DNA of 64,000 bases, taken from NCBI GenBank assembly GCA_037379345.1, contig CM074511.1:51714862-51778861 (forward strand). The letters are read 5' to 3'. Position 1 is the stretch's first letter; each line of letters begins with the position of its first letter. The notes beneath the pieces were generated by a model. The model ran no database searches. It was not told the DNA's origin and saw only the letters and a list, made by a program, of their open reading frames with translations. Both the position numbers and the translations under genes were made by a program. This DNA comes from Perna viridis. Its lineage: Eukaryota. Positions 27,501 through 42,500 of this stretch are shown here, one piece after another.

Positions 27501-30500
27501 CATGAGCTATATCCCCTCATAATACATTAAACGGCAATCAGGAGAAGGATGCACCAGCCCTGCAAAGCACATTCAGTGTGGCCTTGGTGGTTTAACTGTC
27601 TTACTCATTGGTTATCACTTCTCTCAGTTACTATGGATACTCTGCATGTGTATGATATGATCCTGCTTTGTTTGGACTCAAAACAGTAGTATAAACGTAT
27701 ACATTTTCACAGTGTACTAATTTTCTTGATAGTAAAATAATCGCACAAAATAGAACCTACAAAATTGATCTTTTACACTACAGGAATGAAGTGACAATTT
27801 TTTTCAAAACCATTTTGATCCCCACCAAAATGTTTCATTGCAAGAAGCTACAAAAAATGGCAACTGTGAAAATTACAGTAGTTCATTTAGCATCAAGTGA
27901 CATGTCAAAGGTCGTCAGAGACAGCAACCCCTTAAATAAGGACTCAGAGTCATTTGGTTTAAAATCAAACATTTTAAGTATAGTCATTGAATTACCTTCC
28001 ATTTACTGCTTTTCTTATCTCTTAAGACATCTCCTAGAAAAAAAAAACATTAATAGTGTATTAAGTGAGATAGAAAGTCAAACAAAATAACTGCTTATAA
28101 CCACTTCAACAATTAGCATACAGGTCAAACATGTGAGTATTTTAGTTATCATTACCATTTTTTTGTAATATTTATGTTCATAATGGGTTTTCAAGAACTA
28201 CTGAAAAGAAAAAAACACAAAATACAAAGAGCTAAAATTTCAGTAATAGTTCAGGGAAGTACTTATTTTTCACTGCAATTTAGCTGAGTAATAATAAAAT
28301 TGATTATATGATGTAGTAACTAAACTATACCCCAATCATACATTGTTTTCAACATGCAAGCACAATGCATCACACTAATTAACTGAATCTTTTCATATTT
28401 TACACAGTTAGTTCCATTAGGTGCACATATCTTCTTACAATTTATCTGCTTAATTAAAGCTTATCATATCATCAGTACTGTCATACTTTAGTATTACTTG
28501 GTACAAATGTATTATGACAAACAAGTTACACAGAGGACAAATCATATCTAAATTAAAATAACTGGAAATCAACACTATATGTGCATTGCATATATGGTGT
28601 ACCAAGAGGCTCAAAAGTATTTTTATTGCATATGCCATAAAAAATGAAGCAGCATATGCTGCCAATAATGTAGGATATGTTACATTTTAGCATATGCTCC
28701 ATTTTCTACTGTACAATGCTGTATGGTTCAAAAATAGTTTTAAAGCTTATGGTACAAGTTTAGCATATGCTGTAATTTATTTCAATTTGATCATATCTTA
28801 TTTCCTAATGTTCAAAGATTCAAATATATTGTAAAGCATATGCACTTCTTTGTTTATTCTAATGCACATTCCTGCATAATTTTAATATGTTTGTAAATGT
28901 TAAATATACTTTGTTTCTCCCATAGTGAATTAATTCGTTATAAAGCTAACAATGAACCATTAGGGTGCTTTTATTATTCTTACGAGTACACCGATTCATA
29001 CTCAGCGTCTTTAACACATATTCATAACACATTTTGTTTTTGAGGCATTTGCAACAAAATAATATTTGATAATTACAGTATACATAAACTAAATGCATAT
29101 GCTACATACAGAAACAACTCAGGTTAAAAATTACCGCATATGGTACATATAGTACAGCATACGGTATATTTAATACAGCATACATTGCATATGCTACCTT
29201 TTTTTAATGAACCTCTAGGCATGTAAATGCAACAAAACCGAGATATAGTGTTAGCTGTAAAAATATATTGCATATGCTACAAAATATAGTATGTGCTACA
29301 TTTTTTGTAGCTTATGCTACAATTTTTACAGCATATGCAAATAAAAATATTTTTGAAACTGTTCATACACCATAGATCCATGAGCAAAAATGAATTTTCC
29401 AGTTTTAGTCTACTTCAAAGAAATGTGTAATTCTATAAAGGGACCTCACTCAATAAAGAGCAAACGACGCACAAGATATGCTGCTTAACTAGTTTATAAA
29501 CATGATAAGGGTGATCCCAGATAGGAGATGTTTCAATTCAAATAAATATGTTAAGCATATTACTATTTACTGCTCTATACCCACTAAACAAAGGATAAAT
29601 CCAAGAAATAAATGCAGCTTTCACCATAAAAAATGTACTTCTCATTGCATCAAAATAAGGATTTGCATTCAACTTAACATTTCTACAGCCAATTTTAACA
29701 AAAGTGAAACTTCAACAACTTTGATGAAAGAAATTCCAACATACCTGATACTTATGTTTAGGTCATTCCATTACAATACTCCCATAACGTTAGAGATGGG
29801 AATCCCTTTCCTACATACCCCAACACATCAAGTCCGAAAATGGTTTGCCAGACACCTCTAGCATAATCCCTTCTGATATTGGTTGCTGGAGATATCTTTT
29901 TGTTTTGACCGATGCTGGTGGTCAAAACAGAACCATATCTCCAGCACCGAATCACAAAAGGGATTATCTCTAGCATTGCTCACTTGCTGGAATATTTCCG
30001 GAGTATCCCTGGAAAGTGATATGTTTAAGACCAGTGCCAACTACCTGTGGCCAATGATGAGCTTGACTAGTTTCAAGCCCCAAGATGGTTAAGATTTGAT
30101 ACTTCTAATTTTTTTATTCAACTTAATGATTCTGAACTTGTTCAAAACATGGATGCTATAAAAATATAGTGCATTTTCTTTTTGCCTCTCTATAAACTAA
30201 TGTTTTGTCAACAGATATGAACAATGACTTATAAAATAGAGCAAACATCACACTGTAAGATGAAGAACTTTTTTAAAAGAAAATCTAACATAATATCATA
30301 AAAATGTTCCACTGAAAAGGTTGGTTTGGTGAGTGCAAAACGAAAGTGAAAGTAGGGAAAATGGCTATTTACAGTTCAAGACTACTTTTCTGTCCGATCT
30401 TCGTGGACTCACCCTATTTTCTTTGCGGGAAATTATTTTTTCACATGTCCTTAAAAATGCTACATAAGTGAAAGTTTTATTGAATCAATTTGCATATTTT

Positions 30501-33500
30501 TTTTAAATCCTAAAAATATGCACTTCACTACAGAAGTCTATGAGAAAATTAATACGATACTGAGACCTACTAGAGTAGGGTACCATTAGACATCGGGGTG
30601 TAACAACAAGCTTAAGACGTTTACAAGTCCATTGAATCGGCCCTTACGCTATGGTTCGCCCCACATACATGTTTATAATTGATCTCCAAGATTAATCATG
30701 GATGGCGCAAAAAAAAACTTTATCGTTAGATTATCATTGTATAAATTAATTTGAGATAAATACTGTTATCTGGTCAAAATAATTTTGTTATATCTCAATG
30801 GATAAAAAAATATTGACACGCCCTTATTCAGTTAAATTCAGAGCTACTTTTCTCATGTTTAAAGATAATAATATGTTTTAAAATTAATGTATAAGAATTG
30901 GCTATGATAAAAATTTTGTCTATTGAAAAATAACAAATTTTCCTTGTGCATATTTTGTTTATTGCACTTCGCGCAATTAACATATGCACATGGAAAATTT
31001 GTTATTTTTCGATAGACAAAATTTTTATCATCCAATTCTTAATTGTTATTATTAAGTCGAAATATTTAGAACACAGTAATGCACCCATTGTTTGCTCTGA
31101 AGTTATTGCTAGATATTGGCAGGGCGGATCCAGGATTTTAGATTAGGGAGCGCAGTTAAAATTTCGCCTCGCTCCGCTCGGCGAAAAACTTTTGGGGGTT
31201 AATTTTTTCAAATATTCTTCAAGAATGGGTGCATTGTAGATATCTTTTGTGGTAAAATTAGCGAGATATTAAAGTTTCAACCTAAAACCGCCGAAATCTT
31301 CCCCTGACAATCCTTGCTTTGCAAATTTTAGGGGGGACGCACGCCCGTCACGCCCCAGCCTGAATCCGCCCTAATCGCTAGTTTGAGTCCGACTTGGAGA
31401 GATAAATGCACCTAAGATTTAATGAATATGAATAACTCAAAAGTAATTTGTTCACATAAAAAAAATCTCACCATTGATGTTGTGACCAAGTTGTTTTGTG
31501 TAGACGTTTTTGCCCTTGCGTAGTGACCATTGTCTTACTCTATCCTCGGGTACATGTGTAACTACATATCTGTCTAAGAAGTCCGGGTTCTCATTCAAAA
31601 AGTGCGTAACTAATTCCGGAGAAACATCTGAAATAATAAAGAATCTTAAATATGCTTCAACAGACCAGGTTTTAAAAACAATCCTTGAAACGTTCACGTT
31701 TCCCATTTTGGCGTTCGTTCAGACACACGATGAACGCACGATAGGAGCGTGCGTTTCTTTTTGTACATTCATTATTTCCTTTATTCAACTGTTATTTTTA
31801 TATTTTTTGCCATCATTATTGTTAGCTTTTTCAGTATTTCTATTTACTATTTTTTCTTTATTAATTATTTGTTAATATTATTATTTTTGATCGATCACCT
31901 ATCGTGCGTTTAAACGCACGCTGAGAGCGTTCGTTTGTCGTGCGTTAGGTGAGCATTTAGCGTGCGTTTAGGTATCGTGCGTGCGCGAAACCTAAACGTC
32001 TCAAGGAGTGTAAAACTAACACTTTCCGTAATAGAAAGTCCCTGAACGGGCATTGTAAAGTAAGCGTCATTCTACTCTTTTACCTCTCTCGAAACAAAGT
32101 TAGTGAATTATACTTAAAGCCCCAATTTTTGAAAGATGTGAACAATTTACATCATATTTATTTTTTTTTTCAATTTTCCAATTTCACAAGGGATAATGGG
32201 AGCGGGACCATTCACGCGTGAGATCCGCCCATGGAAATTGAACTGTAATAAAATAAATGTCTTGATGTAATGAAGAGTTCCTATTCCGCGATAAGGTTAA
32301 TAATTCATTAATTGGGTAAAAGTAATTTAAAGATATGCAACTGATGTTGTTACTAGTGCCTATAGTAATGTTTCTCAGCAACTAAATAGTATTCTGAAAT
32401 GCCTTGACATACACACGTTTGATTCATGAGATTTCACAGTAAGTGATATATAAAATTAAGTCATTCCATTTGAGTGATAGAAATGTCGAGATCGATTTTC
32501 TACTTAGTGGTACATTTAAAACCAATCTATAATCCAAACACATTTATGAAGTCCCTTTACACATTTTCTAAGCACGGTCGTCGGAACAGTAAATATTTAT
32601 TTAGCGAAATTTCTTGATAAGTTTTTATTTTTGACAATAACAATGCAAACATTTTACTGTGACGTCCATTGAAAACTTAACATCAAATCCCGTAATAACT
32701 CAGATCAACGTTAAATTGGTATTCGTTTTCTAATAGTAACTTACAAACAAGAATAAGCAAACCCTCCAGGTGACATTTCTGGGGGAAACCAACGTAACAC
32801 GAGTAAGCAGGATAACATTTTGTATATTAAAATTAGGATACAAAGTTCTGGAAAACATTTTGACACAAAGGACACTGTTTGCTTAAAAAGTAGTAATACG
32901 ATAAAAAAGTACCCCCCCCCACAAAAAAAAAAGAACAAAAACAATATAAAAAAATGAATAACACACACAAGTCAATCAGTTAAATATTGTATTATATGTT
33001 CTAATAAGTTTATCGCAAATCTTACATAAAAGCATGATGAATACACTTTTTATTGACAGATCATCAAACCAAACAAACATTGGTATGTTTTCTCTATAAC
33101 TTCGATACAGTTCACAATTATGACTCCAGTGCTGCAAGACCGAACAATTGTGGAACCATTTATAATTATGACTTCAGTGCTGTAAGTCCGGACAGTTGTG
33201 GGACCATTTATAATTATGACGCCAGTCCGAACAGTTGCATTTATAGCCATTTATAATGCTGCTCGTTATATATAAATGCAACATACCTCCATAATATTGT
33301 TCCAAAGTCGATCCTTAAATTCCTTTCTATGAAATAAAGCAGAAGATTTTCGAGCCTAATTAAATTGAGTGTTAGATGATTTCATTCCTGACAAATTACT
33401 TTTGACATGACATAACTATGGTTCTGGTATACTAATCAGCGATAATGTTCTAAGAATGCAGGTGTCTATACAGGTCTAGATGTTTATAATCACAATAGTC

Positions 33501-36500
33501 GTGACAAACCATTACAGTGTTTGCTCGCAATTACTTGTCTTGACTACCACATGATAGCGTATGCCAATGAAAAAAAAACAAAAAAACAAGTGATTATCGC
33601 CTGGTACAGTAAGAGCAATGCCGCTCACGATCAGCACCACCAGAGCAGCAATGAATTAGGACAGTTTTACAAGACCGAATAAGAAACTTAACGGGTTCAC
33701 TGCATTAGGATATTATTCGGTAACTCATTTCATGGGTTGTTTTGTAAGGATTTCTTACGATATAAAATAAAAGAACCAACTTTAAAACACTTATTCAACA
33801 GGAGATATAATTATTTAAGCATTTCCCCCATTTAGTATGAATTTTGACCAACTTATATATTCGCTTTTACATTTTCAACCAGAATACAAACAAATAAATA
33901 ACCCATACATACGTTTTGCAATTTACTACTGATAATATGACTGATAACCGACTTTTGTTTATAATGATAAAATGGATCATGACGACATTCAAGCGGCGGA
34001 ACCATTGTTGTTTGTTAAGACCATCCAGGCATAAACCTTGAATAAGGTTATTGCGTATTGTAGCTATAATATTGTCAATTAAGTCACATGAACAATACAT
34101 TAAATACTCCACATTGTCTTGGTAATAATGCTTAATTATTTTACAATGGCATAACCTTTCCCGAGCTATTGCACTTTGTAGACCTTTCCCAAGGAATATG
34201 TTTTCCGAATATTCATAGCTTACATACTAATTACAATAACATTTGACTAAATGCGAAAATATATATTCATCAAATCTAAAGTTGTCAGATGAATATGTAT
34301 TTCTAATCCATATGATCTAAATTTTAAAAAAAATCAAAGCGACTGAATGCATTCAACAGAACAATATATCATAACCTACTTGAAAGGTTACATTATATAT
34401 CCATAGTGATATATTACCTGCCATACTAAAAGAATGACCATTATACCACAGTCCAAAGCCACTTTCTAACACACATTTACGGTAAAAATATCCTCCGCGG
34501 GTATTGACAACACTTTTCCGTCATTAAATTCACGGTACACTTTTTAAAATCGATTTTCTATTTGTTAGCAGAAAGGGCATATAGAACAGTATATTGGTAT
34601 AAGCAGATTATTGTTAGTACTGCCAAATATTAAACTTATCCATAACATAAACTCGAATGTCCAAGAACCGTGAAATCCGTACGCACAAGTCAAATATACA
34701 TTTTAATTTAAACGGTCGTACTTGGACCGCCAGATAAATTAGTTATAGAATTCATATCTAAACCTGGAATTTAAATTCTGATCAAGTCGGTCGAGTCTAA
34801 TTTGTTTACTCAATTCACGATACACCTTTACTCGCGTTCATTTATATACTTCTGTTGCACATTAAAATAAATTTACTTCTAAAACTGCAGTTCATTCTCG
34901 TTGAAAAAGTAAGACATAAAATATACATATCTTCGTATCATTCTTGAATTAATTGTTAGCTTTTAAAACATAGTATGTAAGGTTGTTTGATTTATGGCTA
35001 TTTTACATACGAGACAAGAATAAATAATAAAATTGTCATACAAAACATTCATATTCATTCCAAATATATCATCACGTAGTTTTCTTATGTAGATTCACAA
35101 AACTTTCTTCTTTTCATAGCAAGAGAACCCCACAAAGAGCCTGCAGTTCCGCCATTAGTCTTCGTAGTTAAATGGGGTTTTAACCAATTTTCCACACATC
35201 GAACATAAAGGAGACTCTTTAATATATGCAGAGACTCTGGGAACGTATCCATTATAATAAAAGAAATTTCAAACAAATCCTGTAAAGCCATTTCTAAAAT
35301 GGCACCACTATGATCGTATCTTCTGGTACTTGTCGATATTAATGCTGGTCTTACAGCGAGTATAATAGTACATTTCTTGGATATAGTTTGTTTTCTTTTG
35401 ATTTTCTTTTGATTAAATGACCCCACTCGATGAACTGCTTTAAGTAGTTACCTGGATTTCCATAGGTATTGCTCCTTCTCAATGCATTGTCCAGTTAACT
35501 ACCAGGCACACGTGTATCGGTCATTCAATCGCAGATCAAGACAAAGTTACTGTTTTAATCGCTATAATGTACTTAATGTAATAAAAAATACTCAAGCAAA
35601 ATTTTGAACCACTCAAAAAAGTTATTCAATTTCAGTCTATTTAAAAAGCTTACATGATCAGAAATTCTACTTAAAAAAGTATAACATATTTTAACTACAG
35701 TAAAACAAACAGCTTCTACATTCAAGTAGGTCAGATGCCCCGAAAAATGGACAAACAGGCAAAAGGAAGGAATTATTTTTTTTAAAATGCGTAAAATTTT
35801 ATAATACAGAAATCCTTAACACTGGAAGCGTTCGTTTATCGTGCATTTTAAACGCACGATAGAAGCGTTCGTTCATCGTGCGTTTAGTGAAGCGTTCAGC
35901 GTGGGTTTAGGTATCGTGCGTGTGTGCGTGAAACCTAAACGTCAAGGAGTGTAAATGAATCAGAAAAAAAATCTGCAACCTTAAAATCTCTTTGGAGGAG
36001 CTCAAGATCTAGAAACAATGAGCGATTCGATGATAGTAATCTATACGACAGTTACAGTAAAGCCATACCATCTTCTTTTCTTCATTTCGAGAACTTACTC
36101 CTGCATTTCAGCAGTCTCACGTTGTATAAAAACAAATGAAAAATAATAGAAAAAAAACGTTTTATTTCGGTATTCAATTCACTCAAACTGACTAAATGTT
36201 TGGCGTCGATATGAAAGGAAATCAACCCGATGTCAATAAAATCTTAAAAAAACTATACGTATGAATCATAAATAGATATCGTAATATAGTGTTAATCAAT
36301 TTCTATCTCAGATATAAATTCCAAATTTTTAAAAAGTTGGGTTTCAAACCGAAATAAAATTCAGGACTAAAATCCATGAGGAAGAAACTTCGGTGGTACT
36401 TGTAATATATATTGGGAAAGAGGGAGAAGTAAAGCTATAGTAAGAAATTACAGAGAAAAACACAACCAGAACATAACACAAACCCTTAAAGAAATCAAAT

Positions 36501-39500
36501 TGTTATTGCGAGGCTAATTCATAATTGGAATAATATCAATGTTTATCATATATTTAGATTGAAATATAACTTTTTTGTATATGAATTATAAGTATTTGTT
36601 TGAACCCTATATTGTCTACCCTATATCGCGTACCCTGTATCACACCCCTATACCTATATCGCATACCCCAAATCTCACCCCTTTACAGACCATACTGGAA
36701 GTACGGTTAAAATATATGATATAATGAATGTGACACGTCAAAATCTGTATCACATGCTGTATCAACCCGAAACTCCTATGTTATCCAAAGGGCCACCAGC
36801 CCGAGGGGTGATATAGGTCTAGGGTTGATACAGCATGCGATACAGATTTTGATATGTAATATTCAGTATGTTATAGGAAAACAAAACAACTTTGACAGGA
36901 ATAAACAAAGTGCAGGAAGTCAAGCCATTACTTGAAATATGTACTCTACGTGAATATGGAAATTAACATCAAAATAGAACTCCATAGGTCGCATAACTAA
37001 CTGACAAGACAAATACTAATCAGAAATAATCAAAGGATGGTGCAGATTTAGATCTGGCTTCTATTATCTAACGGAACATGCATTATATCCAGGAAGGCTC
37101 GTACACGCTTATTAAAAGACTTATCTGTCATAGGCTACATTAATGACTGTTTCCATCAAATCAACGACAATTGATTCTTTGATCCACGGACTTCATTTCT
37201 AATTAATAATTGTATCTACGTAAACACTAAGTAATAAACGGATGCTTATTTTCCTGTTAGATTTTTCAGATCAAACCAACTCCCTTTGACGTGTTCTCAA
37301 TCTTTAAAGCAATAAAACACTAACACACACGTACAGAAGTAAAATGACCATATGAACAATGAAAATAAGAGAATTACTACAATATTCCTAGAAGTGAGAG
37401 CTAAATCTTTGGAAGCCATCGTGACAGCGATATTGAGACTTAACTGTCATGAAGCAAAAAAACAAAGCAAAGAAAATGAAATACGTGTAATTATAACGAA
37501 CACAATAGTCACGTACTACTAGCTGAGATATTAGTGTTCTTTGTGTTTTCGAGCAGCAAGAAAACACAGAAAATACTAGTATGGGAGTATCACAGGTTCT
37601 ACTAAAATGAACTAGAAACATTAGTGGGTAAGCGTCCCATGCTGTGCTAGAACGTTAAGTTGCCTGTGAAACGCACAAATTGCCAGTGCAACAAGGGGGG
37701 AAATCTATGACGAGACGAATCAATCTGTGATAATCTAGATATTTACACCGTGAATCACGAAATTAGGAATCATGATATTATGCACTTATTGTGAGTTCAG
37801 ATACTTTGGAAATTATTTATATAAGCTATTTGGAGAAACGATCGCTAGTCTGATTGTATACAGTGATCGGATCCAAAGTGGCGCTACAAAACACTTCCGT
37901 ACTCATTTATGCTAGGCACTACTAGTAACAACAGTGGCCACTCTTCCAGACAGAGTCATCATATATTTAAAACTTGCCTCTCGATCAATATTGCAATGAG
38001 CCTATACTACCTCCGTCCCCAAAAATAAAAAAAAAAAAAACAAATTAAGAGACAACTTAACACAAAATAAACGCCATGGAGACAGAGATTTGGGAACCAC
38101 CAGAGACATACACAAAGACGACTTGTGATCGTTCGCTAGCTTCATTTGTGGAACTTACAAATATGTGATTACGAAATAACAAAAAATAGTCAAAATTAAA
38201 ACAAGATGTATTTAATGCAATGAAATATATAACTTAGTGTGCTAAATCAATGAACAATACACATTTCTAGACAATTGCACGGGTGTTCAGTGCTCTAAAG
38301 GCAAATCCGAATCACTTAACTTTATAGTAAACGATCAAACGTTAGATAACGTCAGCGTCTTTATATTCTACAATGTGATTTTACTCCATTAATCGATTAA
38401 TTTGCTTCACAAACATATCTAATATCGTTTTAGTCAGGAAACACTGCTGATTTTACAAAGAACACAAGTTTTATGCAAAGGCATAAATAGTAGATTTTCT
38501 ATGGCAAAAGATGTAATACTGATCTGAGACTGTTCCTTCTATTAGCGTTGTCCATACAATTTTAAAGGAAAAGACATGTTAGAGAATTTTTATTGGAGAA
38601 CTCACCTGTACCCATATAATGACGACCACGGCTTGACGTCATCGTCTGATCGTTAAAAACTGAGCTAATTCCTGTAAAATACAAAGGAAGCAAGTTAATT
38701 AGCGCATGTATTATTGCAGGAATGACTGGGTTTAATAATCATTGAGCAACTCGTGTGCTTAGCGTGTTCATTTGCGTAATTGGTTTACAGCAATGAACGT
38801 ATTTGTGGAACTTGAAGAAGTCTGTTGATGTAAATATAAAGGATTTATTCTAATGAATCGTCTTGCTCTGATCTAGTGAGGGAAACTGATTACTTGAGTT
38901 AGTCATTAGATCTCCGCTCGGAATTTTGATATCATGATTTACCTAAAATTAAAAAAACGGTTCTAGAAAAAAGTAAGATTATCAACCAGTGTAAGTCCAA
39001 CGGAATTACAAGAAATGTAAAAAGCCACAAAATGATAATCACGAACGCTGAGGAGCAAACTATGAACAGAACACACAGTTACTCTTCAAACAGTCGCCTA
39101 AAATTGAGCCATGCATATTACAAGTTAATCTCAAGCATTTGAAACAATGATTCCTAATTCATTGTTTTTAACATTTGTCATTACCCTTTGCTTGTCTTCT
39201 TCTGTTGAGGTCCTATCAATGTTGGAATGATAAAAATCGCATAAATTGAAAATACACATATTTTTATTTTTTCTATGTATTTTTTGGCCGAGGACATTCA
39301 CTCGTTTAAATGTATTCCCGCATTAAATCAAGATTGAGATCTCAACAAGATGTCAAAGGGACAGTTGACGAGTATAATGAAATGAAATTACTATTTCGCT
39401 TGATTGTGCATTTTTAAAGTTTAATGTATGTGCATAAAAATCATATTTTCATAAATTTAAAATAATAGTGAAATTGCATTTTGGAGTTTGCAAAATATAA

Positions 39501-42500
39501 AAAAATTAGAACGTATTTAAATAATGAATATATTAACATTCTTATGTGTGTATGTGTATGTCCTATAGGTTTTGACTTTGGAAGAACCATAATGTTGTTT
39601 ATCGTTTTTTCTCCCCATTTTTCCTTCTGACGGATATTTTCTATCCCAGGGTGCTATCATGATTCTAAGAAATTTCGGCACTTCCTAATGTCTCCGTTAT
39701 GACTTCCCCCATGAACAGAATAACGTAAGTCAGAACAACAGAACTCATCATATGGGCGCAGGGTAATAGCGAGCGCCGAGAAGCGGTGTTGGCTCTACCT
39801 TTATTACGTGTACTTTCTAATTTTCCCTTAAGGTTCCACAATATACTTACGAAAAAAAAAGTCATGTCCCGGAAGTAACAAAAAGTGACTGTCCTTACGG
39901 AGAAAATTCATTATTTCCTTCAACCAAACAAATGAAAAATATATAGGTTAAGATTACGTTTCAGGAAAAATAAATTCATCTTTTCTGATAGTTTTCAAGT
40001 CTTTTTCTGTATTTTTTACATAAAGAAGTGAATGCGGTGTTTTTAAAAACTTCGGGAAACCCGTGGATGTACGTACGTGTATCTCCGCTGTTCCACACTG
40101 TTGCTGTTGTCAAGAACCTAACCCGCCTTGGAAAAAATATAACTCCGATTGTATTATCCAAGTCGAAGCATAGCTTTTCTAAGACAGGGAAGGCAATCAT
40201 TTGGAATTTGGAACTGTCGTCTGAATTTTCTTTACGTCGCATGATGTGTGTAAAATAGTCCTACCATCCGTGGAGAACTGTAATATTTAAGGTTCTCAGT
40301 ACAGATTAATCTGACCGGCCAAAACTGAAAAGGATGTTGCTAGAGGTGCTTTTAAGGGTTAAACATGTGAAGTATTGCGAAGTGCTATAAAGTTATCGAC
40401 CACTTTGAAAGAAATGGGAAAGGGTGTATGGGGCTAGGATTTTTCCAGTCACTCATTCATTAAAAAAAAACTCTCCCATTATTTAACAAGGCAGATTTTC
40501 AAATAAAAATATTGATTTCGCTTGTTGCTTAAATATAAATATTTATTTATTGCAATGTCCTTTATTATTTTTATGAGTCTCACACAGATGGCACATGTAT
40601 GGTACAGCCCACGGTGCTCGCTGATTTAGGCATTGCCTACTCCATATTATAGCAAAAATATGTATAACTGTAATTCATGGCTTGTTAGTGCGAACACTGA
40701 TTACAGACATAATGGCAGTAAGTGGACAACGTGTATCTGATTCAGAAACCAGTTGTAGTTATTGAGACGTCGGCTAGGATTAAAATTGAACTTGAAAAAA
40801 AACGTTGCATGGATGTAGTCTGAATAAACAATGATGTTTCATTACACGTTAAACGTGTAAAATTGTCGAGTCGTTTGAATGTTTTCGGTTTTTTTTATTA
40901 ATATGGGATCCTTACCATCTAGATCTACACAGACTTATTTTTCACACAGACCGCCATTTATTTTGTATTTAACACCGCTATTCTGATTTTAATTCTTTTC
41001 TAATACGATAATACATGTATATCAACTTGACAACTTTCATACATAGAATTAAGATATTACAGAACTATTAAGTAGAACATAATCTTTACACCAAAGAATT
41101 GTGGAAAAAAAAATTAATAAAAATCATTTCAAAATGTTTTATTCGTGAGAACATGTTCAATTATTCTGTTTTAGCCAAATTCGATAGATTTCGAATTCGT
41201 TGCACCCACATGATAATTATACGCTTTTCATAAGTGGTTAGTAAATATCATTGAAGGAATTGAAGTTTCCTAAATTGGTTTTAATACACAGTGTCGATAT
41301 AGTTTTGCAAGGCTATATTACATTTGGAACGGTTCCGTTTTAGTTCTACATAATTATACAGAAATAATTCTATATTAAACGGGAAAGTAAAATAAGCGAA
41401 ACCGCCACAGGATCGAGGCCAATCCAAAAACAAGAAATACACTAAAACAAAAAACAAAAAAACGAAAGAATAAAAATCACACAAAAACAGAATAAAAAAT
41501 GCAACCGAATGTTCATAAACAAAGCGGTCATTAATCAGTAGCAAAAATAAGGAAATCGTCCAAAACCTTAACAGAATTTCCTGTCGAGTTATCATTATGG
41601 AGTCCGATATTTCAGTCCTCGAGAGGAGAACGGCATTTCAATCTTCATGGTGGGGAACGGGATTTCAGTCGTCATGGTAGAGAATGAAATTTCAGTCCTT
41701 TTGATGGAAAATGATATATCAGTCCTCAGTGTAAAAAATGATATCAGTAGAGTGATATTTCAGACTTAATGGTGGTGATTAATATTTCAGTCCTCAAGAT
41801 ATAAATTATACTTCAGTCTTCATGGAGGTAGAATGTTCAATTCAGTCCGCGTGGTGGAGACTGAGATTTCAGTGAAATGCTATTTCAATTCTCGTGGTGG
41901 AGAACTATATTTCAGTCTTCATGGACTGGTGGACTTAATATTGGTAGATGCATAAATAACGGCGGTTGAACACATACCGACAGGTGAAACCATCGCGTCT
42001 GTTATCAATTTCTATAAATAAGTCGATGAATGAAGCTAACTTAACAGAGTCTATTGTTATAGTAGACTTCTGTGATAATAAGAGATTTCTTCGTGCTTGC
42101 TAACCCGATGTTGAGATATCTTATTTTAATGGTTTAAGACAAATACGATTTAGAAAATATCAACATTTCTATTGAATAAAGGAAAACACATTTGTGCCCA
42201 ACACATTCTAAACAAATCTCAATGATGAAAGAAAAAAGAGAGAAATCACACATCGTATAAAATGGCGATTTCACGTGACAATTCAAATACTGGTAGTATT
42301 TATTATACCCCTGCCCGCTTAAAGATTGATCATGTTGTCCGTCCCCAGTTCAGATCCGCAACCCCCCTTAAACCACTGAATGGACTTTGATTCAACTTTC
42401 ACACTTTCTTTATCACACGATACCATTGTGCAATTTCTATTTTGTTTTTTTTTTCATTGGGGTTTCAGTATATGGTTTCTAGGGAGGGGAGCAGGTGTAC

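Noticed and set aside
26993-27525. CRISPR-like look (constant core with variable spacer)
   Set aside because: Spacers are only short C-run variants, the context is eukaryotic and there are no cas genes; it is a minisatellite.
29752-30140. Telomerase RNA, 7SK, RNase P/MRP or + strand C/D snoRNA identity for the structured element
   Set aside because: No CCCUAA template, GAUC pair or RNase P/MRP conserved regions seen; the ATGATGA...CTGA pair is antisense to the host and lacks a terminal stem.
33287-33326. 40-nt exon-like segment with good splice sites
   Set aside because: The frame needed to join exon 31627 contains a stop; at most a UTR or poison exon.
39665-40258. Overlapping ORFs in a CpG-rich stretch
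   Set aside because: No recognisable homology or consistent splice structure; more likely regulatory or UTR sequence.
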